Below, piece after piece: positions 19,137 through 28,598 of a DNA stretch of 64,000 nucleotides. The stretch is from assembly GCA_038887515.1 (NCBI GenBank), contig JAWAKK010000001.1, forward strand, positions 541,836 through 605,835, written 5' to 3'. Below the pieces are notes generated by a model. That model was not told the DNA's origin. It ran no database searches and worked only from the letters and a program-made list of their open reading frames with translations. The DNA is from Candidatus Nezhaarchaeales archaeon. Its GTDB lineage: Archaea; Thermoproteota; Methanomethylicia; Nezhaarchaeales; WYZ-LMO8. The stretch's first letter is position 1, and every line of letters starts with the position of its first letter. The position numbers and the translations under genes were made by a program.

Positions 19137-20273
19137 TCAAGATTCCGAACCTTTAGCTTCTTTAGCCTTTATGTCGAAGCTCTCAAGCTTCTCTTTAAGC
19201 CTTTTGAGGTTAGACGCTAAATCCTTAAAGATGAATGCTAAGTTATTGGAGCCAGCCGTCGCTTCAGGAACCGATGGACCTAGTAAGCTTACGAGTTCGT
19301 TAACGTCTTCATGCGTGGTTTGAGGCACATTGACTTCTTCTAGTGTTTGTTCTTTATGCTTCTCTTCTTTGATCTCAATGATATCAATGAGGTCCTCTTT
19401 AAGCGCAGTACTTACCCTCGGCTCAGGCTGCTTCGGTTGAGAGGTAGGTTCTTCGACTGACGGAGGTATGGAGGGGCCAGCTATTTTGCTTCTACCAGCC
19501 TCTAATGACTCTAAGTTTTTTTCTCCAATTCTTTTAGGTTCCTCCAACTTATTCTCCCTATGTTTTGATCTTTCGCTTTCATGCGTTACTTCAATTTCTA
19601 CGTCTTTTCCTTCCACATCTTTCAAAGATATCTTCGATATGGGAAGGTTCTTTGCATTAACTGGAGACCATTTATCATTTCTTTCACTCACTTGCTTCTT
19701 CGACTCGCCTATCTCATCGACTTCGGTTTGCGCATGCTCCTGAGAACCTCTAAGCTCTTCCACTTTTTCAGGCTCATTATGGGTTGTAGGGGTACTATAT
19801 TCTTTTTGTAACTGTTGCGATTGACCTTGTAGCTCGTCGGTCTTTAAGGGTTGTCCTGCCTCGACATCTAGCTTTTTAGTCTCCATTGCCTCGGATGGTC
19901 CTTGGGAGCTCTCGGTAGTCGTACTTGGTTGAGCCTTGCTTTGGAGAGATCTTGGTTGTTCCGCAATTTGGCTGACTTCCACTGAAGGTTGCTCCTTCAC
20001 CTCAAGGACGTGAGGAGCCCTCTTTCCAAAGATGTGCTTTGATTTCCGTCGCAAATCTCTCCCACCGAATCCTAAAGTCCCGACTTTAATTGATCGCCGT
20101 TGAGCTACCTTCGGCGCGTAAAGTCCCACTCTAGCGAACTTTAGGAGCATGTAGATGGCGCTGAATGATACGATTATCATAGTGGCTACGAGCACTAACG
20201 GTAAAAGTAGCATTGCCACTTCATTTAAGCTACGAATTATAGATATCGGATCCATAAGGTATCCCCTACCCAC
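19137..20273 (-). CDS. Membrane-anchored, largely low-complexity protein ending the archaellum operon
   Basis: N-terminal TM helix, E/Q/S/P/K-rich linker, C-terminal coiled coil; overlaps the arlJ stop by 8 bp. Confidence 0.7.
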   Translation of the reverse strand: MGRGYLMDPISIIRSLNEVAMLLLPLVLVATMIIVSFSAIYMLLKFARVGLYAPKVAQRRSIKVGTLGFGGRDLRRKSKHIFGKRAPHVLEVKEQPSVEVSQIAEQPRSLQSKAQPSTTTESSQGPSEAMETKKLDVEAGQPLKTDELQGQSQQLQKEYSTPTTHNEPEKVEELRGSQEHAQTEVDEIGESKKQVSERNDKWSPVNAKNLPISKISLKDVEGKDVEIEVTHESERSKHRENKLEEPKRIGEKNLESLEAGRSKIAGPSIPPSVEEPTSQPKQPEPRVSTALKEDLIDIIEIKEEKHKEQTLEEVNVPQTTHEDVNELVSLLGPSVPEATAGSNNLAFIFKDLASNLKRLKEKLESFDIKAKEAKGSES

Positions 20274-21786
20274 CTCCCATCATTACGTTTTGAAGGCCAA
20301 CACTCTTGAGGAGACCGCCAACAAAGGTATGTACAGCAAATAAGGTAGCCCATCCGGAAGCTAGAAATAACCCAACATAAAATGTGAAGGCGAATGGAGA
20401 TTGACCGTTAACGAAGTACAACATCATCGCATTGGCTATACTTATAGCTGATAATGCGACGACGAAAATGCCATGTAAGTTCGTTCCTCCAGCTATAATT
20501 AAGGGCATTGGAAGGTTCATTCTACCGAACTGGCTAATGACCTCCGAGAAGCTATTCATTATCACAAGAACTAATCCCACTATTGCGTATAACGTCGGCT
20601 GGAGAGGCAACATTATGCCCTTTAGGAAGGCCGATATCTCCTCTATCCTCCTCCTCCCATCAAGGAGAGTTATGGCAGAGTTCGAAACTAACGAACCTAC
20701 TTTGCTTATTGGCGCTCCCAGCTTCATCGACTCAATAAATATTGTTGTATGGCTAACAATGATGTCACTACAAGTCTCCTTCTGAAACAGCTTCCAACAT
20801 AGAGTCTCGTCTACATCTACATCCAGCCTTGCCTTCATTCTCTTTATTACGTTGTTGAGGGGGCCGAAATCTACTTTTATGATGTCATCGATGACTCTCT
20901 TCATTGATGTGCCAAGAGTCGAAAGCCCGGCGGCAATCATCGAAATAAATTCTGGGAAGCGCTTATCGTAGTTCTTTATCCTAGTGAGCCATCTATTGCC
21001 GAGCCATCCTACTAGGGCAGCGAGACCGCTTACAGCTACTACGATCAAAGTTGTAGTTGTAATATCTAGGAGACCGATGGCGTTTAGGCCTATAGATGAA
21101 AGGCTAATGATTAATGAAAACATCCCTATACCTCTCGAAAGAGCCATCAGGGACTTGAGTCTCTCAAGTCTATAGTCACATGAGACTACCCGGTCTTGTG
21201 GAGAGAGCGAGTAAAAAATGTACGCCATAATGAACTGGATACCCACGATTGCCGCTATTGTACTCAAAATCATTTGTTGCGATAAGCCCCATATCATGGA
21301 AGCGAATACCATTACTGCCATTACTAGAACGGACGAAGATAGCATGGCTGAGTGCGCCTCCGATAGTCGATGTAAAGCAACCATAACTCTATCGAACCTG
21401 CTCTTGAAGGTTGATATGAAGGCGTTGTATTCTCTCGTAAAGAAGTCCTCAGCTTCTTCACCTACTTTTATTGACTGAGAGAGCCTCAATATGAAGTCTT
21501 TAAAGAAGGAAGCTGGAACTTTTTTCGCGATAAGCTCGTAAGCTCTGTTCTGCTCGAAGCCCATGTTGATTAACGCTATTATTCTCTTGAACACCTTAGT
21601 TGCATAACCATAATTGCCTTTAATTAGCGAGCGTACCATTTCTAGGCTGGAGATCTTGGCTGTTGAGCATGCAAGGAAGTGCAACAATACCTTCGGCATC
21701 GAGTACCATATAGCTTTGTTCAGCCGAATGCCCCCAAAAGTGTTTTTAATTGAACCGTATTGAAGTAGTGTCCTTGAAGGGCTCAA
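20266..21786 (-). CDS. arlJ: Archaellum motor platform protein ArlJ (FlaJ)
   Basis: Multi-TM T2SSF-type repeats (FKDFILRLSQSIKVGE; DFGPLN); follows arlI. Confidence 0.9.
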   Translation of the reverse strand: MSPSRTLLQYGSIKNTFGGIRLNKAIWYSMPKVLLHFLACSTAKISSLEMVRSLIKGNYGYATKVFKRIIALINMGFEQNRAYELIAKKVPASFFKDFILRLSQSIKVGEEAEDFFTREYNAFISTFKSRFDRVMVALHRLSEAHSAMLSSSVLVMAVMVFASMIWGLSQQMILSTIAAIVGIQFIMAYIFYSLSPQDRVVSCDYRLERLKSLMALSRGIGMFSLIISLSSIGLNAIGLLDITTTTLIVVAVSGLAALVGWLGNRWLTRIKNYDKRFPEFISMIAAGLSTLGTSMKRVIDDIIKVDFGPLNNVIKRMKARLDVDVDETLCWKLFQKETCSDIIVSHTTIFIESMKLGAPISKVGSLVSNSAITLLDGRRRIEEISAFLKGIMLPLQPTLYAIVGLVLVIMNSFSEVISQFGRMNLPMPLIIAGGTNLHGIFVVALSAISIANAMMLYFVNGQSPFAFTFYVGLFLASGWATLFAVHTFVGGLLKSVGLQNVMMGGG

Positions 21787-21789
21787 GAC

Positions 21790-23601
21790 CTAGACCTCCC
21801 TTATCAATTTATCTATAACCTTGAACGAAGACTTCCCGTAGGCTATGTTCGCTAGTATCGGTGATGCGTATATCTTCGATATTACCCTGTAGACGTCCCA
21901 ATAGTCGAAGATGCCCTCTTCTACCATTTTCTGAAGTATGTAGGTTCTTGCCTCGAGCTCACCATATATTTTCCTTGCATCCTTCGCGGAGAGACCTCTC
22001 GTCGGAGCTATCTTGTATTCAAGAAGATAACTGTTACCAACACCCCTAAACGAGTGAGTATCTGTCGCTGGATCCCAAGAGAATATTTCAATAAAGTTGT
22101 AAGTCTTCTCGACAGGATCTATCCCTACGATCTCACATATCGATGTTACCCTTCTTTCCCTCTGACCAGTTCTTGGGCTCTCTACAGCATTCTGAAAAAC
22201 CACCGCGTTAAGATTATCTATGTAGGCTGGAGGTATGTTTATCGGGTCGCCCGTTATCCTCTGAATTAGCTTCTGCATATCGGCTGCGTGAAAAGTTGCC
22301 ATGACTGGATGGCCCGTCTGCATAGCTTGAAAAGCTACGTTGCCTTCTCTCCCCCTTATCTCGCCCACTATTATGTAGTTGGGTCTTTGCCTTAGAGCTG
22401 CCTTCAAAAGATCGTAGAGTTCTATAGATGACGACTCGCTTTCACCCTTCCTTGTAACTTCACTAATCCAATTTGGATGAGGAACAACAACTTCGGGTGT
22501 ATCCTCGATGGTTATTACTTTCGCCGTAGGCTTAATGAAGACCGCGAGGGCGTTGAGCGTAGTAGTCTTGCCTGAAGCAGTTTCTCCACAGACGAAGATG
22601 CTCATGCCGGCTTCAAGCAACATCCAAAGATATGCAGCCATCTGTGCGGTCATCGTTCCATACTTTATGAGCTGGGTTATGCTTAGTGGCGTTGAAGAAA
22701 ACTTCCTTATAGTAAAGTTGCTACCCCTCCTGCTAACATCGACCCCATATACGACGTTTATTCTAGATCCATCGGGGAGAGAAGCGTCAACTATAGGTCT
22801 TCGAGGACTTACAGGTCTACCTATCCTTTCACACAACCTAACAATGAAGCTATTTAGGTTCTCCTGGCTTCTAAACTCGATTGTCGCTTTTAAGGATCTG
22901 AACACCTTGTGCTCCACGAATATTGGACCTAGGCCATCGCATGATATATCTTCGATGTATGGATCCTTCAAGAAGGGCTCCAAAATACCTAAACCTACCT
23001 TCTCGCGAATGAACTCGTACCTTACGTACTCATAGGCATATGAGCCTAGAGAAATTGCGTTCTTCCTGTACAAGACGGCGTTTTTAGGTGCACCTTCATC
23101 CTTCTTCACGACTTCATCGAATATCGCCATTAAGGCTTCCTGTCTTGCGGTCTCTATTTTTTCAGCGTAATTATCGTCTATCCTTAGGGCTATGAGTTCT
23201 TCAACTTTAAAAATTAGCTCTCGAACCTCCTCAGGCAACCTCGGTTCTATGGGCTGGTAAGTACCATAAGCCTCTTGCTGGGTCTTGTAAACGTGGACAA
23301 AGATGCCGTTACCTATAGGGTAAATGTAGTTGTACTTCTTCGTCCTACCCATTTCTCTAGTCAACTTCTCAGAGTACATCGGAACTCCAAGTAGGTTCTG
23401 GGAATCTAGGAAATCGTGTAGGTGCTTGTGTAGGTGAGGGTGCTTCTCAACGACCTTAGCGAACGAGGGCTCAAGTTGGCTTAACAGTTGGCATGGGGCC
23501 TTCTCGGAAAACACCTCTAAAGGTATCTCTGCCGGAAGCTTCTTTTCTTTCCCTTCATCTTTAGCGTTTTCATTCGACCTTGGCTTTTTTAGCTTTAGCA
23601 A
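21790..23601 (-). CDS. arlI: Archaellum motor ATPase ArlI (FlaI)
   Basis: DPYIEDISCDG, DASLPDGSRIN, GETASGKTT, LRQRPNYIIVGEIRG, MQTGH motifs. Confidence 0.96.
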   Translation of the reverse strand: MLKLKKPRSNENAKDEGKEKKLPAEIPLEVFSEKAPCQLLSQLEPSFAKVVEKHPHLHKHLHDFLDSQNLLGVPMYSEKLTREMGRTKKYNYIYPIGNGIFVHVYKTQQEAYGTYQPIEPRLPEEVRELIFKVEELIALRIDDNYAEKIETARQEALMAIFDEVVKKDEGAPKNAVLYRKNAISLGSYAYEYVRYEFIREKVGLGILEPFLKDPYIEDISCDGLGPIFVEHKVFRSLKATIEFRSQENLNSFIVRLCERIGRPVSPRRPIVDASLPDGSRINVVYGVDVSRRGSNFTIRKFSSTPLSITQLIKYGTMTAQMAAYLWMLLEAGMSIFVCGETASGKTTTLNALAVFIKPTAKVITIEDTPEVVVPHPNWISEVTRKGESESSSIELYDLLKAALRQRPNYIIVGEIRGREGNVAFQAMQTGHPVMATFHAADMQKLIQRITGDPINIPPAYIDNLNAVVFQNAVESPRTGQRERRVTSICEIVGIDPVEKTYNFIEIFSWDPATDTHSFRGVGNSYLLEYKIAPTRGLSAKDARKIYGELEARTYILQKMVEEGIFDYWDVYRVISKIYASPILANIAYGKSSFKVIDKLIREV

Positions 23602-23613
23602 GACGATAGCACC

Positions 23614-24324
23614 TCAAGCCTTGATGGCCGAGAATGGCAGTAGCCTAATCCCAAAGTTAGGCTCAACCTTAAAGAAAGCCATGTTGTCGATGGCTTTCTT
23701 AGCCCCTCTAAGCTTCTTTACTTCAAGACCCCTTATGATCTCCTTACTTGGCGTCGTCTTGACCGAGAAGACTATGTGCCCATCGCATATCGACCTAATC
23801 CTTATCAAGAGGTCATTATTGAATGCAAATGGATGAAGAGTTACTACGACGACTCTCCCTCTATTGTCAACGTAATTTCTAAGCTCCGATAAGAAGCTCA
23901 ACAAGTCTTCCTCCATTGCGTGAGTCGCTATGTAGGTCAAAGAATCTATTACGATTACATCAGCGCCACCCTTCTTCTTTATGAAATTAAGTACAACAAG
24001 TAGGTAATTCTTGGCTACAGCCTTATCCCAACTGATCCCCTTAACATGAAGGTGAGTTACCTTCAAGAGGCCCTTCACAAAGTAGGACTTTACAGTTAAG
24101 GCTAGGCTCTCCATCTGCTCTATTAAAGCCTTTACAGTACTCTCTGTGGTAATGTATCTAACACTATAACCTGCACTAAGGGCCCCCCATGTCAAGTGCT
24201 GTACGAACACGCTCTTTCCAGTATCGTTTTCGCCTTCGATGAGGTTCATTGAGGGGATCGGTATCCCGCCCATTATTCTATCTAGCTCAGCATTGCGTAA
24301 CGATATTACTTTCTCTTTCTCCAC
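23614..24324 (-). CDS. arlH: Archaellum KaiC-like ATPase ArlH (FlaH)
   Basis: ELDRIMGGIP, GENDTGKS, VIDSLT, FKVEPNFG motifs and operon position. Confidence 0.93.
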   Translation of the reverse strand: MEKEKVISLRNAELDRIMGGIPIPSMNLIEGENDTGKSVFVQHLTWGALSAGYSVRYITTESTVKALIEQMESLALTVKSYFVKGLLKVTHLHVKGISWDKAVAKNYLLVVLNFIKKKGGADVIVIDSLTYIATHAMEEDLLSFLSELRNYVDNRGRVVVVTLHPFAFNNDLLIRIRSICDGHIVFSVKTTPSKEIIRGLEVKKLRGAKKAIDNMAFFKVEPNFGIRLLPFSAIKA

Positions 24325-24334
24325 GACTCTTAAA

Positions 24335-24934
24335 CTAGAGCTCGGCGGTAGTAACTACTCCGTCGGGAAGCGCCAGCACGACGCCCAAACCAACATTGGC
24401 GCTTATCGTATCACCAATTCTAACTTCTATCTCTAGAGTTTCGCCCGGATCCCATAATCCAGAAGCCGATTCTACATGTATTGGATTGAGGATATCCCCT
24501 TCTCTATTGCTAACAAAAACTCTAGACAGTCTCCAGCTATTGGGCGACAGCAAGTCGCTATAGTTAAGCCTAACAGCTTTCTTCAGAAGGCCGTCACGGT
24601 ATAGCAGTATCAGGTCGGACTTTAAGAAGTCTCTTACTCTAAGGGAGCCTTCGCCAACGTTCGTGACGTTAAGCTTTACCAAGGTTAAGTTTTCTGAAGT
24701 ATATATCAATACGTTGTCTATCCGTGGTTTTGGTCTAGGCGCAGCTAACCCCTCTATCGAGGACCATTTCCACTCGTATGCTTGCATGCTGGTTATAACC
24801 ACGCCTACTAGGAAACCGAGGGAAGAAGAGATTATCAGTATTATTATCGAGGCTGATACTAAGCCCCCGAAACCACTCACAGAAAACCCATCCTTGTTAA
24901 GGTTAAATGGAAAAGTAATACTCGTCGCTGACAC
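24335..24934 (-). CDS. arlF: Archaellum stator protein ArlF (FlaF); true start probably near VSGFGG
   Basis: N-terminal GF + TM helix, NVTNVG, ILNP...GLWDPGETLEI. Confidence 0.8.
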   Translation of the reverse strand: MSATSITFPFNLNKDGFSVSGFGGLVSASIIILIISSSLGFLVGVVITSMQAYEWKWSSIEGLAAPRPKPRIDNVLIYTSENLTLVKLNVTNVGEGSLRVRDFLKSDLILLYRDGLLKKAVRLNYSDLLSPNSWRLSRVFVSNREGDILNPIHVESASGLWDPGETLEIEVRIGDTISANVGLGVVLALPDGVVTTAEL

Positions 24935-25388
24935 CGTTGTACAATATTAGCTTAGCATAGTAATCACCTAGAGGCAGGGGCTCCCCCCATACTACGAGTA
25001 TTTCTATCGTCTCCGAGGGGTCCCAAACACCGTCACTGTCAAAGTCGCTTACCAAGTAAAACCCCCATAGAGGAGGATTCGATGCATTGTAATTTACAAG
25101 GTAGCATTCAGCGACCGGACCAAATATCAAGGTCGATTTAGTCAAAATGTTGCTATGTATAGCCCTCTGACCTATGTTCTTTACCCAAAGCTTAGCTGTA
25201 GTAGAAGAGGTATTGGTTGCATATATTATCTTTATGTTCGTAACCATCTTGTCTTTTTCAGAATCTATAGTTGCCCTGTAGATGTCGTAAAATGACGAAA
25301 TATTAGAATAGAAGGCGGCTGCTAGGAAGGCGGCTATACTAGCTACCACTACAGTTAGCATGATCTCGGTAAACATCGTGTGGGGCAC
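24903..25388 (-). CDS. arlG: Archaellum stator protein ArlG (FlaG)
   Basis: N-terminal TM helix, IKIIYA, WVKNIG, WDPSETIEI, YNGVSDEYYFS. Confidence 0.85.
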   Translation of the reverse strand: MPHTMFTEIMLTVVVASIAAFLAAAFYSNISSFYDIYRATIDSEKDKMVTNIKIIYATNTSSTTAKLWVKNIGQRAIHSNILTKSTLIFGPVAECYLVNYNASNPPLWGFYLVSDFDSDGVWDPSETIEILVVWGEPLPLGDYYAKLILYNGVSDEYYFSI

Positions 25389-25392
25389 TGGC

Positions 25393-26385
25393 TTACCCCT
25401 CTTTTTGCATCCTAGATTTTAGCTTCGACGTTAAATCAAGCAAGAATAAACATTTCTTAGTTAAAGTATAGAGCGAATAAAGTTCTAATACGTCGGAGCT
25501 ATCGCGCAGGTGCTTTAATACGACAAAGGAGAGTAAGCAGCTCTCTACGTCGTCAAATAGGCTTGACGCGGATCCTCCATTATGATCATGAGATAAGCGA
25601 AGTATCATTGATACGAGCTCTTTATCGACGAGACCTAAATCTATCAAATTGCCGAGAGCCTTGATAAGCCTCTCCTTGCCTAGCAAATTTATTAGACAAT
25701 AAGAACCTAGGAGCTGGGGAAGGGAAAAGCTTCGCGCGCCCTTCTTAACGTTAACACTAAGATTAAAGCCCCTATTTTCCAACCCGTCTTGAAGGCCCTC
25801 GTCGGAGGCCTTCTGCGCGTGAGGATCTACCTTATTCAAAGAGTTTCTTAGAGCATTTAACTTCTCATCCAGTTCCTTCATCAACTCACCGACTATTTCC
25901 TCCTTCATCTTCTCTACGTTAAGAAGTTGCGGCACCTTATCTTGAAGGGCCTTAATGAAGTCTTGACTATTTAGTAGTTCGACTAGTTGCTTCACGTCTT
26001 GGGCTGCCTCGCCTAGGGTCTTCTTAAGCTCTTCGTCGAGTATCTCCTTGACCTTTGAAGTCACGAGCTCCTTAACCTTCCCCTCAACTACAGTCTTTAT
26101 TAATGCCGAAACCTTTCGATCCATGAAATCTCCAAGTTTGGCCTCAGTTATCTGTTCAGCCATGCTGAGCATGACTTCGTCTATTCCGAGTCCCTTAAGG
26201 TAATTCATGGGGTTCTCGAGCTCTGAGAGGACTGTTCTAACGTCCGTTAGCACTTGATTAGCGTCGTTAACCATGTTGTTAAGTGCTTGTTCAAGTGATG
26301 CAACTTTACCCTCGAGCTTGAAGACCTTTGTCTGGATATCCTCTTCCTCTTCTTGTACCAACTCTTCAGCTTCCTTAACGCTCAT
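25393..26385 (-). CDS. Soluble coiled-coil archaellum accessory protein, divergent ArlC/D/E-like
   Basis: Between arlB and arlG; DVRTVLSELENP motif and C-terminal LGKERL...LIDLGLVD resemble ArlCDE; no TM helix. Confidence 0.6.
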   Translation of the reverse strand: MSVKEAEELVQEEEEDIQTKVFKLEGKVASLEQALNNMVNDANQVLTDVRTVLSELENPMNYLKGLGIDEVMLSMAEQITEAKLGDFMDRKVSALIKTVVEGKVKELVTSKVKEILDEELKKTLGEAAQDVKQLVELLNSQDFIKALQDKVPQLLNVEKMKEEIVGELMKELDEKLNALRNSLNKVDPHAQKASDEGLQDGLENRGFNLSVNVKKGARSFSLPQLLGSYCLINLLGKERLIKALGNLIDLGLVDKELVSMILRLSHDHNGGSASSLFDDVESCLLSFVVLKHLRDSSDVLELYSLYTLTKKCLFLLDLTSKLKSRMQKEG

Positions 26386-26431
26386 AGATCATCACCGGGC
26401 ACTTAAAATAAAAGAAGAGGGGGTAACGATT

Positions 26432-27085
26432 TTAGTGTAGATCTATTATCGTAGTCACGGACGCAGGTATGGTCCTCGTTATCGTTAGCGTAGCACCGAT
26501 CTGAGGCTTTATCTCTACGGTGAAGCTGTCATACGGGTTGAGTATAGCATTCTCGTTTATGTTGTCCAGACGCAATAACAGTGCAAAGGTCTCGCCGGGC
26601 TCCAGTAGGTAATTGTCGTTGCCCTGAATTACAACGACCATGCACTTAACTTTCTGGTCCGAGTAGTTCCCGTTTTGGAAAGCTCCTTCGGCTTCAGAGG
26701 CCCTTGAAGCACTCCAGAAGCTAATGTCTGAGGCTTCGTATACATCGGGGACGTGCATCCTACCGTTCTGGTAGGATATAACCATCTTCTCTGGGTTAAA
26801 GTCGACTGGAGCCTGACCGGGCGCTAAGTTCAAGTATACTCTTATACCCCATACCTCTTCGCTGTTTGGATCACCATAAGCAATTACATGGCCTTGTATC
26901 TGTAGGGCTGATGATGCTTGTTGTAGGCCGGTTGTTACAACGCTTTGGGATTGCTGCGTCGTCACCATACCTAAGTTCAGCACAGCGAAGGCAAACACTG
27001 ATGCCACTATTACGAAGGATATCAGTATAATCGCTGTCTCGATGCCCGTCAGACCTTTCCTAGCTAGCCTCCTTGCCCTTATCAT
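26432..27085 (-). CDS. arlB: Major archaellin
   Basis: RKG|LTGIETAIILISFVIVASVFAFAVLN canonical N-terminus; ATG at 27085 preferred over the track's 27115. Confidence 0.96.
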   Translation of the reverse strand: MIRARRLARKGLTGIETAIILISFVIVASVFAFAVLNLGMVTTQQSQSVVTTGLQQASSALQIQGHVIAYGDPNSEEVWGIRVYLNLAPGQAPVDFNPEKMVISYQNGRMHVPDVYEASDISFWSASRASEAEGAFQNGNYSDQKVKCMVVVIQGNDNYLLEPGETFALLLRLDNINENAILNPYDSFTVEIKPQIGATLTITRTIPASVTTIIDLH

Positions 27086-27444
27086 GCCCGATCCGAGGTT
27101 TCTTGGCGAATCCAAGAGATTTGAGGGTGCCTTTGTTAGGCGACTGAGGGGCGATATTCCGAGGAATAAGGAGAACCAAGAAGAGACGCGAAAGTATTTA
27201 GTTTACATTCCATTTGGAGTTGAAAGATCGCCCAACCTTCCATGCTTAAGTAGCTAAGATCGGAGCCGTAAAGTGTCATTCAAGTGGACAAACCTTCTAA
27301 TGCAATAGACAAGTAATCAAGTTGGTAAACAAGGTCGCTTAAGAGTCCTTAAAGCATTAGTACCCAAAGAGTAGGGAGATTTATCTAGAAACGAAAACGT
27401 GATGGCGCGTGGATGCGAACCTCGAATTTAGGGGGTTGTTGAAG

Positions 27445-27458
27445 ATTTATATAAAAAG
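27445..27458 (-). promoter_or_regulatory. Candidate TATA box upstream of arlB
   Basis: Minus strand CTTTTTATATAAA just after the arnR-like stop. It would imply a >300 nt leader; a weaker TAAATA lies near 27195-27200. Confidence 0.35.
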
Positions 27459-27477
27459 ATTTTTGATGTGGTCTAGT

Positions 27478-28359
27478 CTAGAAGCTCTTCTTAAGCCGGC
27501 TCAACACTACTAATATCCCTAGCACATTGAAGAAGATTAGTGACGCTATTAGAGCAATAGGTGATATAAATGCAGCTATAGCTGTGACCGAAACTCCCAA
27601 GTACATTATTAAGGACAGGGTCTGCCAAAGCTCTTTTGGATGACGCGCTTTAGTTAAGGCGGAAAGTAATCTATAGAGTCTCGAAGACCTTAGCTTCGCA
27701 TATTGTGGAGACCTAAGGAAGAGCCTTGAACCCTCCTCCGTAAGCGCATACATTGTTTTTGATCGTCTACAACCTAAGTTCAGTCTTTGTAGAAAGGAAG
27801 AGAGCCTCGTTGGGACTACATACTTCTTGAATAGGCGTGGGCTAGCTTCGCCAGCAAAGACGTCTAAATACGCTTGCAGTCGCTGGGGACTTAGGTTTAC
27901 GATCTCTGCAAGCCTTTGCACATCGACCTTTCCTCCAGCGAGACCCATCGCCACCAGGCAGTCGAAGACGTAGTAAGACATGGTCATGTTCTTGACAGTG
28001 CTTTCAAGACCTTCAAACTTGTAGAGCTCTTGCCTCTGTAATGTAATGCTCTTAAGCCCCGTAGCTTCAAGGAGAGCGGTTAAACATTTTTCGCCGAAAG
28101 GCGAGAGCCTGTAAAGCCTTTCCCCCTCGACTTCAACTTCCTCTACGACGTCTTTAATCTTCAATTTCCTCAAAGCGTCCGTAACCGCCTTCCTGCGTTG
28201 TCCCATCAACCTAGCCATGTCGTGGGCCGTCAGTTCCCCACGAGACGAAAGCAGAAACATTATCTCTAGCTGAATGTTAGAGCGAGATAAATCAACAACT
28301 TTATCTATAGTTTTTAACCTAGAAAGGCGCTCCATGAGACTTTGAATTTCAACAGACAT
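27478..28359 (-). CDS. arnR: ArnR-like membrane-anchored archaellum transcription regulator
   Basis: N-terminal wHTH (SNIQLEIM...GQRRKAVTDALRKL), second helical domain, two C-terminal TM helices; immediately upstream of arlB as in Sulfolobales. Confidence 0.75.
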   Translation of the reverse strand: MSVEIQSLMERLSRLKTIDKVVDLSRSNIQLEIMFLLSSRGELTAHDMARLMGQRRKAVTDALRKLKIKDVVEEVEVEGERLYRLSPFGEKCLTALLEATGLKSITLQRQELYKFEGLESTVKNMTMSYYVFDCLVAMGLAGGKVDVQRLAEIVNLSPQRLQAYLDVFAGEASPRLFKKYVVPTRLSSFLQRLNLGCRRSKTMYALTEEGSRLFLRSPQYAKLRSSRLYRLLSALTKARHPKELWQTLSLIMYLGVSVTAIAAFISPIALIASLIFFNVLGILVVLSRLKKSF

Positions 28360-28598
28360 AAAACTACACCTTTAACGTGCAAGGCGTTGCTTAGCATCTT
28401 AAATTTTTGAGTAATACAAAATAAAAAGCTTCCCACCGAAGTTGACGACAGGTAGTCGTTCCTTACATTAACCCTATAAACAGTGTAGTTCGCTGATGAT
28501 TCGAGTTAAGCTAACAAAGGATTTTAATGTCTGCAAAGAATTTTACGGCCTCACTATAGGAACCAATGGGTCGTCATGAGGTTAAATGTTGAGGACGC

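Noticed and set aside
27086-27477. Search for a Sulfolobus-type ArnR inverted-repeat operator upstream of arlB
   Set aside because: No convincing inverted repeat found by eye.
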